A DNA stretch of 64,000 nt from the NCBI GenBank assembly GCA_002269645.1, contig NIVC01000551.1, positions 124,001 to 188,000 of the forward strand. The letters are read 5' to 3'. Below the pieces are notes generated by a model. The model searched no databases and had not been told where the DNA came from. It saw only the letters and a list, made by a program, of their open reading frames with translations. Source of the DNA: Macrostomum lignano. Lineage: Eukaryota. Both the position numbers and the translations under genes were made by a program. Shown one piece after another: positions 37,011 to 49,929 of this stretch (position 1 is the first letter of the stretch; every line of letters begins with the position of its first letter).

Positions 37011-37672
37011 GTACGTGATTGTGGGTTCCTGCTCAAACTTAAGGATCGAAGTTTATGAAAAAAATAAAAAAACTAGAGCCAAAAAGGCAATAAAAGTTAT
37101 CCAGAAATCACAAGACAGGCACAAAGCACTCAAATCTTTAACAGTTTGCCAAAAGAAAACGAAAATGTATTTAACCCGGTTAACATAATCATCCACAGTA
37201 GGCAAAATGATTTTCAGTGGCGTAACGCATATTTTGTTGCTTTTAACAATGAATCATAATCAGGATTAGACATAATAACTATATTCAATACACCATAACA
37301 GATGAAAATTCACTACGGGCACTTGGCATTACTATGTATTACCATCATTATTCAAACAGCCAAAATGCGTAGAAGCGACGAGGAACAGAAGCAAAAAAAT
37401 GCATTTGGGTGTTTTGGTTGCCCCGGTTATATATGATTCTAAATTTGGAGAATAGAAGGAAATCCTCTGCGGTGAATTAGATGAGATAAAGGGCGATTCC
37501 CCGCAGGGAATTAGACTTGTTACGCGAATTTTGGCGAGGAATTAAAAGAAGCAGATTTTTCTGATTTATTAAAGAATAACTGATCCCTTTTTGATTCTCA
37601 GCACAGAAGAAATTCTGACGACATAAAGAGATAATCTGAGACTCACACGGATCAATCAGTAATACCCGGTAG

Positions 37673-38071
37673 TTAAGCAGCCTCATTATCATTAATCAGC
37701 ATATTCGGTATGCCCTTAGCAATGGGAAACTCTCGGCCAGTCTCCGGACAGACCAAGCATCCCTCGATCACATCCAGCTGCATCAGGGCGATGTGAGCTT
37801 TGCGCAGAAAGTCTTCATTGTTGGCGTAATCGTCTGGAACAGTGGGTGGCAGTTCAGGCAGCGGATCCTGCAGCAGATCCAGCTGATTCAAGCACTGCAC
37901 GGCCGCTGTAACCCCAGACCAGTCAAGCCTTGGCAGCATGTGCACTACAAACCCGGCATCAAATTCTACAGGTTGCAGTTCAACTTTGGTTGCCCGTAGC
38001 AACAAGGGATAGCCTTTTTTAACACCTTTAATCATTGCTGAGGTGAGCATGTTGTGCAGGATAAGTTTCAT
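37673..38071 (-). CDS. TRMT112: Multifunctional methyltransferase subunit TRM112, 132 aa, single exon
   Basis: MKLILHNMLTS...GYPL...EF...ML.RLDW...H.ALM..DVIEGCLVCPETGREFPIAKGIPNML is the canonical Trm112 pattern. Confidence 0.95.
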   Translation of the reverse strand: MKLILHNMLTSAMIKGVKKGYPLLLRATKVELQPVEFDAGFVVHMLPRLDWSGVTAAVQCLNQLDLLQDPLPELPPTVPDDYANNEDFLRKAHIALMQLDVIEGCLVCPETGREFPIAKGIPNMLINDNEAA

Positions 38072-38536
38072 GTTTGATATTTTGAAGATTTGGCATGAAT
38101 TTGGATTTTTAGGTAGCTTAAAAGTTGCACTAGTTTCAGTATAGTAGTTTACTAAAAACAATTTTATAATCTGTTAATTTAATTATTGCTATTGGTCAAT
38201 TTTGAAGTCCTATAAAAATTGTGTTATGCAACAAATTCATGAAAATCCACAATAATCCAATTTTTTGATAGCACCAAAAATAGATAGGATAAAATCCCAA
38301 TTTTAATATCCTAGGGTATTAGGAATCTACACATTTCCAAAAAAAGATACCATAATTTAGAAATCCTAGCAAAAATTAGAATCCCAATCCTAAAAATGTA
38401 AATTCCATCCAGTCTCTATCAAATAGGCCTTAAAAAGCAAATAAGTATTAAGCATTTATATGCATATATATACACACCATATATACATGTAGCAACTAAC
38501 AAACATACATGCCTAACCTTGGGAATCACTTGGCCA

Positions 38537-38819
38537 TTTCTATTGGCAACACACACATGTAAGTCGCTATTGGCTGAGAGCAGTCACATGACAACTATTC
38601 CACCCAATAGCGACTTACATATGTGTTGCCAATAGAAAGCTACATCTTGTTCAGCCGAATGTCTAAAACACCATACAGATCATGCTTGGGCGCAACCTAG
38701 GGATTTACCTGGCTGTTTCTATTGGCAACACACACATGTAAGTCACCATTGGATGGAATAGTAGTCATGTGACTGCTCTCAGCCAATAGCAACTTATATG
38801 TGTATGTTGCCAATATAAA
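38537..38819. repeat. Two ~100-bp palindromic elements in inverted orientation
   Basis: 38537-38638 and 38716-38819, each with ~35-bp inverted arms; the two loops are reverse complements of each other. Confidence 0.85.
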
Positions 38820-39049
38820 CAACCAAGTGTTTCCCAAGGTTGCACATGTATGATACAGATAGCCATCAAAAAGCACCTCTGCCACCACAGAAGTCACCAT
38901 CAAGGGCATCAAAGGCCCCTCCACACCAAGCAGAAGCAGTGAACTGGAAAAGGTCAAGTTTGGACTCCCTAGATTGCAAATCCCATAATTGGATCTTGCA
39001 ACTGACAATTTAGACAATTTTTATGCATGGAAAGCTATACCTTAAAAGC

Positions 39050-42010
39050 TTATTTTGAGGCTATGGGTGTCCAACATCTAGCAACTGATTCAGCAGACGT
39101 GATGGCACAGAAAAGAGCTAGCCAACATGCCTGCATGCTGAACACTTTTTTGTCTGTAAATTTCAGCAAGTAGAAGAACTTAGCATTTTTGGATGAAGAC
39201 TTCAAAGACCCCAAAAAGGTCATCACTGCATTTAGACAGCACCTATTGGGACAAGTAAACATCATTGTGGAGCACAACAGGTTCTGGAAGAGACACCAGA
39301 AAGATGGAGAACCCTTCAATGAGTATGTATTGGAACTCAGCAACTTAACAGTAGAACTACCAAGAGGGGGGGGGGGAATTCCCCCCTAAAAATTTTTTTG
39401 CTGCACCGGAACGGAGCAATGCAGGCACACGAAATTCAAGAACACAGGCAAACTTTTTGTTGCGCACCTTCTCAAACAAGAATCAAGTCGCCAGCCCTTT
39501 GGACCGTTGAGATATTCGACGATTCTGCCAGAAGGTCGGATTTTTCCCATAAGTGCTAGTGTATTCAATATACCCCAGTGCGCCAATTAGCACTGCGCCT
39601 CAGTGCAGCCTTGCCAAGTCTCCAAATTTCATCAGCACGTCGAACACATGTGTCTGCATCAGTTCTGACTTTGTTGGTCACTAGCCTTCATCCAAGTGGA
39701 GCTTCTGGACCCTCAACAGCTGTGGCACCAGGTGACTATGGACACCCTGATGCGGATTTCTCTAGTTTTGCCGATCAAGCCTCAGCAGTGGGCAAGAATC
39801 AACCACTAGACATTCTCAGCTAGTCTCTCAAGCATTCTGTCATCATCCTGACGCTGTTGGCTCCTTCAACAGATTACACCAGGTGACTATGAACAGCCTG
39901 ATAAGAATTTCTCTAGTTTTGCCGATCAAGCCTCAACAGTATACAAGCCTCAACTGCCGGACACCTTCAGCTAGTCTCCTAAGCATTTAGCCATCACCCC
40001 GACGCCGTCGGCACCTTTAACAGGTGGCACCAGGGGAGTAAGGACACCTGAGTTCAAAGTTTATCCCGATATAGCATTGCAAGACCAAAGATCAACACTT
40101 CCAGGACATGTGGATTCTGTGGCAAGTCAATGCACCCAAGATCATCATGCCTAACAAGAGACAAAACATGCTTCAGTTGTGGAAAGAGTGGTCATTTTGA
40201 CTCTGTATGCAAAAAAGTGCATGAACAAGAGTTTCTACCATCATCGCCTCTGTTGCATAAAGCACTCCAATGCTGGGCATAGATATCAGGGGCACCTCAC
40301 TTGCTATGATGCCGGATACAGGCTCAAATATTGATGCCATCAGCAAGATCGACTTTCAAAAGCTCAAGATTGGTACTCATGAGCTCAAGCACTCAACTAT
40401 CATTCCAAGAGCTGCAAATGGCCAAAACATTCCTGTGTTGGAGAAATTCAAGACACATCTGACTGTGGGCCAGCAAACTGTTTTATCAGAGGTGAATGTA
40501 CTGAAAAAGCTAGTCAATCTAGTCTTGTCATGGCATACCTGCCAGCAACTGGGGATCATTCCGATGAATTTTCCAAAGCCTACACCATTGACGTGCAACA
40601 TTAGCAAACCACCAACCACTGAGGAGCAGCTCATTAGAGTTTCCTACAGTTTTTGATAGGCAGATACACCCCATGAGCAGAGAGAAATTCAAAATTCAGT
40701 TGGTGGACAATGTTCAGCCCTTTGTAGTTCAAACTCCATGATATTTAGCAATGCCTCTGTAGCAAAAACTTAAGAGCGAGCTAGACATTCTCGAAGAGCA
40801 GAAAGTCATCTGTCTTGTCTTGGAGCCAACCCTATGGTGCGCACCTATTGTGGTTGCTCCAAAGAAGGGCACAGACAAGATTAGACTTTGCATTGACTTT
40901 TGTCAGCTCAATAAATTTGTTATTTGGGCACAGTATACAGTATCAGTGTCAAATGCCCTTTGAAATTGTTGTAATCACAGACATGGCTAACTCTAATTGG
41001 TTCACAGTGGTGGATGCTCTCAAGGGATATCATCAGATTCCCCTGGCCAACAAAAGCATGCCACTTACTACTTTTATAACATCATTTGAAAGACATATGT
41101 TTTGAATGGCTTCATTTGGAATCAGCTCCATTGTGGAGTTTTATAACCAAAGACTCGATGCAGCCTTCCAAGGTCTTCTAGAAGTTTGACACATTGTTGA
41201 CAATTGTCTGATTGCAAGTTCGAGTCGAGAAAGCCATATTAAAGCTGCAAGACAATTCCTGACTTACTGTAGAGAACACAGAATTGCTCTTGATAGAAAC
41301 AAATTTGTGTTTGCCAAGCAGACTGTCAAATTTGCAGGATTCAAGTTATCCAAAGAGAGTTACGAAATTGATCCTGATTTGACTAAAGCAATAGCAGAAT
41401 TACCACCACTATTCAACATAACTGATCTCCAATCATTCATGGGACTTACTGCTCAAGTTGGACCATTCACTAAAAAAATGGCAGAAGCAAGTTATACTGA
41501 GACCTTTTCTAAGCTGTAAAAATATGTTCAGCTAGCAACTGTGTCATCAACAAGCATTTGAAGAAGCTTGATGGTGTCTATCTCAAGCACAATTGCTGGC
41601 ATACTATGACCAGTTGAAACCAATTGCACTACACACCAATGCATCAGAGTTAAAGGGCCTAGGGTTCATCCTGAAACAGTAACAGCCAGATGGATTATGG
41701 GGAACTGTCCAAGCTGGCTCTCGTTACCTCAGATGCTAAGATCAGATATACAATGATTGAGTTAGAATTACTCGCTTGTTTAAGCTACAGCAAATTCATT
41801 GTCATCATTGACTATAAGCCTTTAGTACCAATCTTCAACATTTACCAGCTTGATCAGATTGAAAATCCACAACTACAAAGACAAGCTAAATTGGATCACT
41901 ATAACTACAAAGCCAAATAGGTCAATGGAAATGATATTGTTGATACAAATGCTCTTTCCAGAATACCAATTGCAGATGCGACTATGCAAGCTCAGATTGG
42001 AAAGTGAGAT
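39050..42010 (+). mobile_element. Decayed Ty3/Gypsy LTR retrotransposon (gag-protease-RT-RNase H; integrase and LTRs not found)
   Basis: Gag-like HNRFWKRHQKDGEPFNEYVLEL; protease MPDTGSN; RT WCAPIVV, VDALKGYHQI, IVDN (degenerate YxDD), VKFAG; RNase H GLGFIL...SRYL...IELELLA. Many stops and frameshifts. Confidence 0.9.
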
Positions 42011-42999
42011 GAATTTACAATAGTGAACATTTTAATAGCATAGATTCAGGAAGCTGACTTCTATCTAAGCCTGCAGAAAGTCAGCTCAACTATTTTATAT
42101 ACAAATAGAATATATTTTGCAGAGCGGAAAAAAAGTGAAGCATGGAATAGGGATACAAAGAACCTTATAATAGGCCAGTACAATATGAGTCTTTGTCCCC
42201 CTAGGCCCTAGACATACAGATCTCACAGAGGTTAAGCCAACCAATTGGGGCTTGGCCTATGCCACATAGAGGTAGATGATGCATCTTTGCCAAGACAGTG
42301 CATCAGATGCTGGGAGACTGTCTGGGGGCAAAGTGCACTCTCTGTCACATATGTGCACTTTATATACCTATATATATATAGTTAAAAAAACTATAACTAG
42401 GCCCTATAAAAGGCTAAAAGGCTAAAAGGCAAACAAACAATAGGCCTACCTACTGCAAGAGATAAGAGAAAAACTGAAAAAACTAATAATATGAAAATAT
42501 GAAGAGGCAAAAATAAAGAAAACATAAGGCCTAATCTATAAAAATTAGGCCTAGGCCCTATTTATAAAAAAACTTTCTAGGCAAAATTCAAAAATGATCA
42601 TAGTATGGCTGATTGCATGCAAAATGTATGACAAGTGGTAAAATTAAGGATACCAAATAAAAATTATAAATTTTAAGTTATTTTGATTGAAAATTAATTA
42701 TTCTTTGAAAGTAAGGCTGTCTTTTTATTTTACTTAGGCCCTAGCCTAGGCCCTACTTAGGCAAGTTAGATTAGGCCTATCTAATAAAATATTAAAAATT
42801 TTATTAGTACTAAGAACTAGTTTTTAGTATTTAATACTAAAAACTAATAACTTAAATATTACTGGAGGGACATGGCATGGAATAGAGTCCCTAATTTAAT
42901 TACTAAAACAGGGTCTAGACTCTAGAGGTAGAGCAAAAAAATCAAAACAAAATAAAAACGTCCTTTACTGCTTCATTCATTTATTTAGGAACACTAATA

Positions 43000-43161
43000 G
43001 GCGTAGCCAGGCGCGTTGCCAGGATTCACATCAGGGGGAGGGGGACAGAGACATAAATCCATCTCTGATGGAAGCGATCGAAGCAAAATACAAAGGCAGT
43101 AAACCCCCGATTCAGGGCATGTCCCCCGGTGCCGTGTCCCCCCCCCTTTGCTACGCCCCTG
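43000..43161. mobile_element. Short non-autonomous DNA transposon (MITE, hAT-like ends)
   Basis: GGCGTAGC at the left and GCTACGCCCCTG at the right form an imperfect terminal inverted repeat around a GC-rich 160-bp island; CTAATA flanks both sides. Confidence 0.5.
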
Positions 43162-45963
43162 CTAATAATAGCATAGTGGTGCATTGCCTAGGCATGATTG
43201 ATGAGTAGGCCAGTTACTAAAAATAGGCTAGCCCTAGGCCTACGCCGCCTGCGGCCTGCTTGCTTGGGCATGACTGACTTTGTTAATGATGAGGTCGATG
43301 GCTGGCGCAGGCGCAGGCATGTTGTTGATTTGATTGACACGACAAGTTCTAACTGACTCAAAAGTTCGTGACTTCTAGAAATATCATTAAATCTCACTAT
43401 TTTGAATCACTAAAATACAGTAGTAAAAGATTAAAATAAGGTTTAATCTAAAATCTGTCTGTAAAATAGGTTCTTTTTGCTAGATTTTGATTTTTGTTTG
43501 ATGTAATGAGTTTCAACGAGATAATTAAATGCACAAACTTAAAAACGCATTTTCTTCAAAAACCGGAAGAAAAACAAATAAAATAAACATGATCTAAAAA
43601 TGTTACATTTAGTAAATTTTATTTTTAGGGAACTTTGCTCTTCTATTTGTAATGTTTATTTTAAATGGGTCATGGATTGTAAGGCAAGGCAGGCGGAAGC
43701 GTATTTAAAGCGCTCCAAGACCTGCTATTAAGACTTACGACTTAGGAATTAGGATCTACAAGCGAATTTACTAACAAAAAGACAGAAGGGTGCTACTAAG
43801 CTGTCGTAGCGTAAGTCTGATCATGCGTCGAAACTTTTGCACTGCAGAAATAGGAGCTAAGAATGATATTATCTTACAATGGCTTTATAGAATGGGCCCA
43901 TTGAGAGTAACTGTCAACCTAAATAGTTTTTGCTTGACCCCTCAGTTATTAAAATGACCTTTCCTGAGGATGTTCCATCATTGGACAAAATTAATGTTGA
44001 TAGTTAATTTTAATTTTTTACCTTTATTAAGCAAGTAGCATTGCCAAACTCTTAGATAAACTATAAGTTGGCATTTTCCTAAAATTTCTTAAAATTAATT
44101 TTTGTCATTCATAATTTTCAATCATCATCATATTATATATATCTTATTCTAAATTTTAATCAGTAAAATTATTTATGTAAATTTGTTATTTAGGAATAAT
44201 CACACATGTGTCAATCATTGATAGAAGAAATAGACCTTTGGCTTTTGGTTTGGTATAGAGATATGTGCATATATGCCTAAAATTATTTTAGGATTTTAGG
44301 ATCTTGCAGGCTTACATAAATATAAATATTTTTATTTTAAGCTCCACATTGCTATTTTTAACTTATTTATAGTAAAGTTCTATAATGAAATAGATTATTT
44401 ATATATTATACTTATAACTATATCTATACAAGGCCAACTCCTCTATTGGAGGAGAAAGGGAAAGAACTCCCATCACTGGAATTCCATTCCCGGAAATCCA
44501 TTAGCTGAATCCTATGACCAGAATCCCATCATCCAAATCCTCTCCAAAATCCATCAAAATCCTTTCCATAAAGTAGAAATCCTTAAAAGTCCCTTCTATG
44601 AAACAGATATTTATCAAAAGTCTTTCTATGAAACAAAACTCTATCAACATCATCTCTTTCAAGTTGTAATCCATCAATTTAATCAATAGACTATTGAATT
44701 GAAGTGTATAAAAAGGTGCTTTCTAATTGTCTAGCCTAAATGTATTTGAAAAACAGTATTCAGTGGTTTGGGTTAAGGTTAGAGCTGCACAGAGCTACCT
44801 GTTGAAAGGCACTGATAATAAAAAAACTGAAACAATTGAATCAATTGATTGTGCAATCGATTTCAGTAAGTATCAGTCTCAGTTAAAATTACCAAAATGA
44901 TTGGAAATCTAAAGCAACCCTCCAATACACAGTGGCATTTAGAAGTTGAAGCCTCCAAATTTATCCATTGTGTCTCACAAAAATAATTACAATCTCTGCA
45001 GAAAGTTAAAAGTATGGAAATCGTTTTTTGGAAGCTGTGCTTTTAGTTTTCATACTTAAAGCAAACAACTTATTTCCCCAAACTTAGCATTGAAAGATCT
45101 TTCCAGCAATATAAGTCTCTTCTCTCAAAGTTAAAAACTAGAAGAACAGTTTGTGTTTGAAATTGCCCAGTTTAAAACATTGAATTTTTTTGTGTACATT
45201 CACTGCCTGCTACAGTGAGAGGCTTGCAAGTTTATGCATTGAATTTCACTGTCCGCCAGTTAGCAAGGGTCCAAGTGTACACATGCAGCCACTTAGAATG
45301 CTCTATCCCCCCACTAGAAAGAAAATACACTGCCAAGATAGGAAAAATTATGGAACAGTCACTCAAAATTGATGCAAATTTTCAGTTCAGAGCAGAAAAA
45401 GTGGCCAAAGAAAGTTAAGAAAACAGTTTTCTGCTCTTTTAACTGACTTAATTTTTTAAATTTCAACATTAAAATAGCCTATTTGTTGCATAGGAAAATT
45501 CTGCATTGATATATATGTATATAAGTCCCGACATTTGAGTTGGCAGCCATCTAAGAGGAGATGCACATTAAACCTAGCCAGTCAATCGATCAATCCACTC
45601 AGCTTTAGATATAAGAAATAACTAAAAAACTAAAAAGCTTCTATCTATGCAACACTTTTATAGGATAATGCAACTTTGCATAAAGCATTTTAACAATATC
45701 ATAATTAGCATAACATACTTCACAAACAAATAAATTAATGACAATATTTTTGTTTGAAAAAAATCTTTATGTATATTATTTTATCAAACATTCCTTTCTA
45801 TGATAGTTTTGTTAGTCTATATCTCATCTAAGTTAAATACAAATATTTTACAGGAACTATATTCTATTGGTGCAGTCAATATTACTGAAATTCTAAAGAA
45901 GCAATCTTTGTTGGCATGAAATAAGAGTTTTAATTGTATTGTCTTTCAATTAGAGTGCTAAGC

Positions 45964-47062
45964 ATGGCTGCTGCATTAGAAGATTTGACACTTGGAGGAT
46001 TTTTATCCAACCTCCGCCTGCGCCACTTAGAAACTGTTGTGCTCAAGCTGGACTCAGCTACAAACTGCATGATCAACAGGTCCAATTATGACTATCAAGT
46101 CTATTTTGAGCTGAACCAATCTGAGGCTGCAGCAAAAGTCAAGACTGGGACTGACCGGCCAATTCTCTGGTAGGAACATTAGTCATTGAAATTCATCGAA
46201 CATCAAACTGTAGTTTCTCTTTCATTATTTCATTAATTTTCCTCCTTTTTTCTCTATTTTACTCAGCTCCGAGCTGCTCAACGTAAACTCCGACTCCAGC
46301 GATGGCACAGTTCGATGGGATCTTACTCCCTCTCTAGTCAACAACCTTTTTGGCTCCCCAATAGCAGCATCTGCTCGTCGCCTAACGCAATTTTCGATCA
46401 CCTTCTATCGCGTCCCTAGTAACCAGCCTAGCAACCAGAGAATGGAAAAATGGTCCGGTGAAATTCAAAAGCGCCCCCTGCTTCACATCGGCGATCTGCA
46501 GTTCGGCCGCGACCTGCGGCGTCCTCCAACTTTGCCTTCGCTTCTTCTTGTTGGCGGTGATTCTGACAGGCATAGCAGCTACAAAGACTTGCATCGTCGT
46601 AGTGCCAATAGTCTTTGTCGCTACGATTGCGTTGCCACGGACGACTCGCTGCCAGCTCAAATGTCTGCTGCCGGCTGTCGGCTGGCTCTCCGGCTAAAGG
46701 GCATCTACTTTCTCGTAAATGTTTCCAAATGTCCAGCTAAAGAGAGTCGTTGCTATCTGGGCGTCGAACTCGCAACCTCGCGTATTGGTCGAGTATCGTC
46801 GTATAATATGCTAACGCTGCGACACATGCTTGCTTTGGATATGAAATCTATTGATGTCGAGGTGAAGCTGGCCAGGTTGAAAGGTCGGTTGGAGTCCAGA
46901 CTGGCGGCCCAGTCAGGGTCGCTGTCCGACCAGTCGACTGAGTCTTTGCTCACTCGCCGAGTCCTCGAGAATCGGCTGAAATGCCTGGCGACTGGCAGGC
47001 AGCGTCTGGCTGAACTGCGCCAGGCCAATGCTGAGCTGGTGGACTGCCTGGCTTCTGGTGGG

Positions 47063-47101
<39 letters not shown>

Positions 47102-47102
47102 G

Positions 47103-47145
<43 letters not shown>

Positions 47146-47191
47146 GTGTCTGTCTGTCTGTGTGTCTGTCTGTCTGTCTGTCTGTCTGTCA

Positions 47192-47234
<43 letters not shown>

Positions 47235-47258
47235 AGAGTGTCTGTCTGTCTGTCTTAG

Positions 47259-47306
<48 letters not shown>

Positions 47307-47404
47307 AGAGTGTCTGTCTGTCTGTCTGTCAGAGTGTCTGTCTGTCTGTCTGTCTGCCTGTCTGTCTGTCAGTCTGTCAGAGTGTCTGTCTGTCTGTCTG
47401 TCTA

Positions 47405-47454
<50 letters not shown>

Positions 47455-47530
47455 AGAGTGTCTGTCTGTCTGTCAGAGTGTCTGTCTGTCTGTCTGTCTG
47501 TCAGTCTGTCTGTCTGTCTGTGTGTGTGTG

Positions 47531-47603
<73 letters not shown>

Positions 47604-48714
47604 GATAGCACAGTTGTTTTACAATATCAGCCAGCAGTTAGCATTTCGTCCTCCACCCGTCCAGTGCGCCAGGCCATGCAGGCGGTGCAGGACAGTGTAC
47701 ACAGGACCAGAGCCAGTCTAGTGAAGTGTCGCTCCCAGCTTCAGTCCACTCGATTGCAGCTGACAGGTCAGAGGAGCCTGTGGCTGAAGGAGCTCGCCAG
47801 TCTATTCTCTCTGGGCAGCTGGGGAGACAGCATTGCCGGGGTCAGCTTGAAACCGCCGCGCAGCGGCCACTGGAGCCGGCTGACAAAACACGAACAGAAA
47901 TTCTGCGCCGCGGCGTTTGGTCTGACGGCTCAGCTGGTGGCGTTGACTGGCGCTGTGATGGACTGTCCACTGGTGAGGGGTTTTGAGGTTTTTTGAGGGG
48001 AAGAGGAGGGGAAGAGGAGGGGAAGAGGAGGGGAAGAGGAGGGAAGGAGGGGAAGAGGAGGGTAAGAAGAGGGGAAGAGGAGGAGAAGAGGAGGAAGGGA
48101 AGAGAAGGAGGGGAAGAGGAGGAGAAGAGGAGGAAGGGAAGGAAGGGGAAGAGGAGGGAAGGAGGGGGAAGAGGAGGGAAGCAGGGGGAAGAGGAGGAGA
48201 TTGATAAGAAGGCTGATTGGAGCTCGGCCAATCCATCTGTAATGTTGCCATGATTCCCCCCGATCTTGCACAGCGTTACTCCATAACCCTGCGCGGCTCA
48301 AAGTCTCGCATCCGGGACGATCTGATTTGCAAATTTCCCGACCCGCCGGAGTTCCCGCTGTACCACCGGGGGAGCCAGGACGGCGGCTACTTCAATCGCG
48401 CCGTCCTGCTGCTCAACTTCAACGTCTATGGCCTGTCTTGCAACAGCGGCGTCTCCACGCCAGTTGATCTGCGCGCCACGGCGCTGAAAAATCTGTGCCA
48501 ACTGTTCGACTTTCTGCTGGACCCGGCCCGCGCCCCGGCGCCGACTCCGCCGGAACGTATCCCGAGTTCGAATCTGCTGGCGCCTCCGCCGCGGCCGGTT
48601 CCTTTTGAACCGGTGTGCCGGTCGGTTGAGGCTGACATGCTGAATGATGCTGCTGAGCGGGATGAAGATGAGCAAATCAGTGAGCAGCCCGGTGGCCTGG
48701 CTCAGTCTGCCTGA
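45964..48714 (+). CDS. UVRAG: UV radiation resistance-associated gene protein (Vps38/UVRAG), 4 exons
   Basis: Exons 45964-46169, 46267-47057, ~47614-47972, 48274-48714. LRLRHL at the C2 start, coiled coil, and AFGLTAQLV...CPL|[13 protein letters not shown]...EFPLY...LLLNFNV...[10 protein letters not shown] (UVRAG BARA-like region). Confidence 0.9.
47063..47604. repeat. (TCTG)n intronic microsatellite
   Basis: Near-pure tetranucleotide run. Confidence 0.97.
47995..48200. repeat. GA-rich intronic low-complexity repeat
   Basis: GGGGAAGAGGAG units. Confidence 0.9.
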
Positions 48715-48749
48715 GTGAGTCGTGACCCAACCCCTGTCAGTACCTTATC

Positions 48750-49275
48750 TCTCACCCTCCTGTCTTGTCTCACCCTTCTCTGTCTTATCTCACCCTCCTC
48801 TGTCTTATTTCACCCTCCTCTGTCTTATCTCACTCTCCTCTGTCTTATCTCACCCTCCTCTGTCTTATCTCACCCTCCTCTGTCTTATCTCACCCTCCTC
48901 TGTCTTATCTCACCCTCCTCTGTCTTATCTCACCCTCCTCTGTCTTATCTCACCCTTCTCTGTCTTATCTCACCCTCCTCTGTCTTGTCTCACCCTCCTT
49001 TGTCTTATCTGACCCTCCTCTGTCTTATCTCACCCTCCTCTATCTTATCTCACCCTCCTCTGTCTTATCTCACCCTCCTCTGTCTTATCTCACCCTTCTC
49101 TGTCTTATCTCATCCTCCTGTCTTATCTCACCCTTCTCTGCCTTATCTCATCATCCTGTCTTATCTCACCCTCCTCTGTCTTATCTCACCCTTCTCTGTC
49201 TTATCTCATCCTCCTGTCTTATCTCACCCTTCTCTGTCTTATCTCACCCTTCGGGGTCTTATCTCACCCTCCTCA
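48750..49275. repeat. 20-bp minisatellite directly after the UVRAG stop
   Basis: Unit CACCCTCCTCTGTCTTATCT. Confidence 0.95.
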
Positions 49276-49929
49276 AACAGAGAATTTAGTGCCAAGCAAG
49301 AAGACGGTTGTTGTTTAAAAATTGCCATTTTTATCTCCTAAAGATTGCATTCTGTCAATTTCCAATTTCAAACAGTCTACATATACAAGCGTGTTTGACG
49401 ATGTAAAACATGTTTTTATTGCTTCCAATGCGCAAACTAGAATACTTGTATTTTGTGTAAGTAGTATTGCAGGCTAGTTTCGTTATTTATACTCAATTTG
49501 TGCATTTCAATATTATTAAATAATTTTTTTATTAATAGAAGTGATCATTATGAATTCTTAGTTTGTGTATCATCAATATATATATATGTATTATTGTGTG
49601 CTCGATGTACGAGCATACATTACCTAAAAGAAGACAAAACAGTATTAATAAAATGTGCATAATTCAATACAATGATTTGTTGTATGCTATATCCGGCTTT
49701 AGTTGTTAAAGGTCTTAACTTTTCTTCGGTCATTTTATTTTAATAAAATTCCTTTTAACTGGGGGTGGATGGTTCGGGTTATCGAAAACTATGATATGAA
49801 AATGCATTTGAGCTGCATTGATAATAGACAATAATTAATACGGAATTAGCCTTTAATTTATGAATACTGAGTCTTCAAACAAAAAATGGTGGTACTTAAA
49901 AGGACGCGGTAAATATCTAAAGGCTCACA

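Noticed and set aside
37673-38161. 162-aa version of the TRM112 ORF
   Set aside because: The first 30 codons start at a non-ATG codon in AT-rich sequence; family homology begins at the ATG at 38071.
38400-42900. LTR pair, PBS/PPT and integrase for the Gypsy element; terminal inverted repeats for the hAT at 19-22 kb
   Set aside because: I could not find matching terminal repeats by eye, so both element boundaries are left approximate.
44850-45450. Possible transposase remnant upstream of UVRAG
   Set aside because: Only short open stretches with no recognisable motif.
12001-48675. Antisense and alternate-frame ORFs overlapping real exons (e.g. 12001-12390, 2096-2455, 25260-25616, 35224-35622, 48298-48675)
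   Set aside because: Expected by-products of GC-rich coding sequence; no independent motifs.
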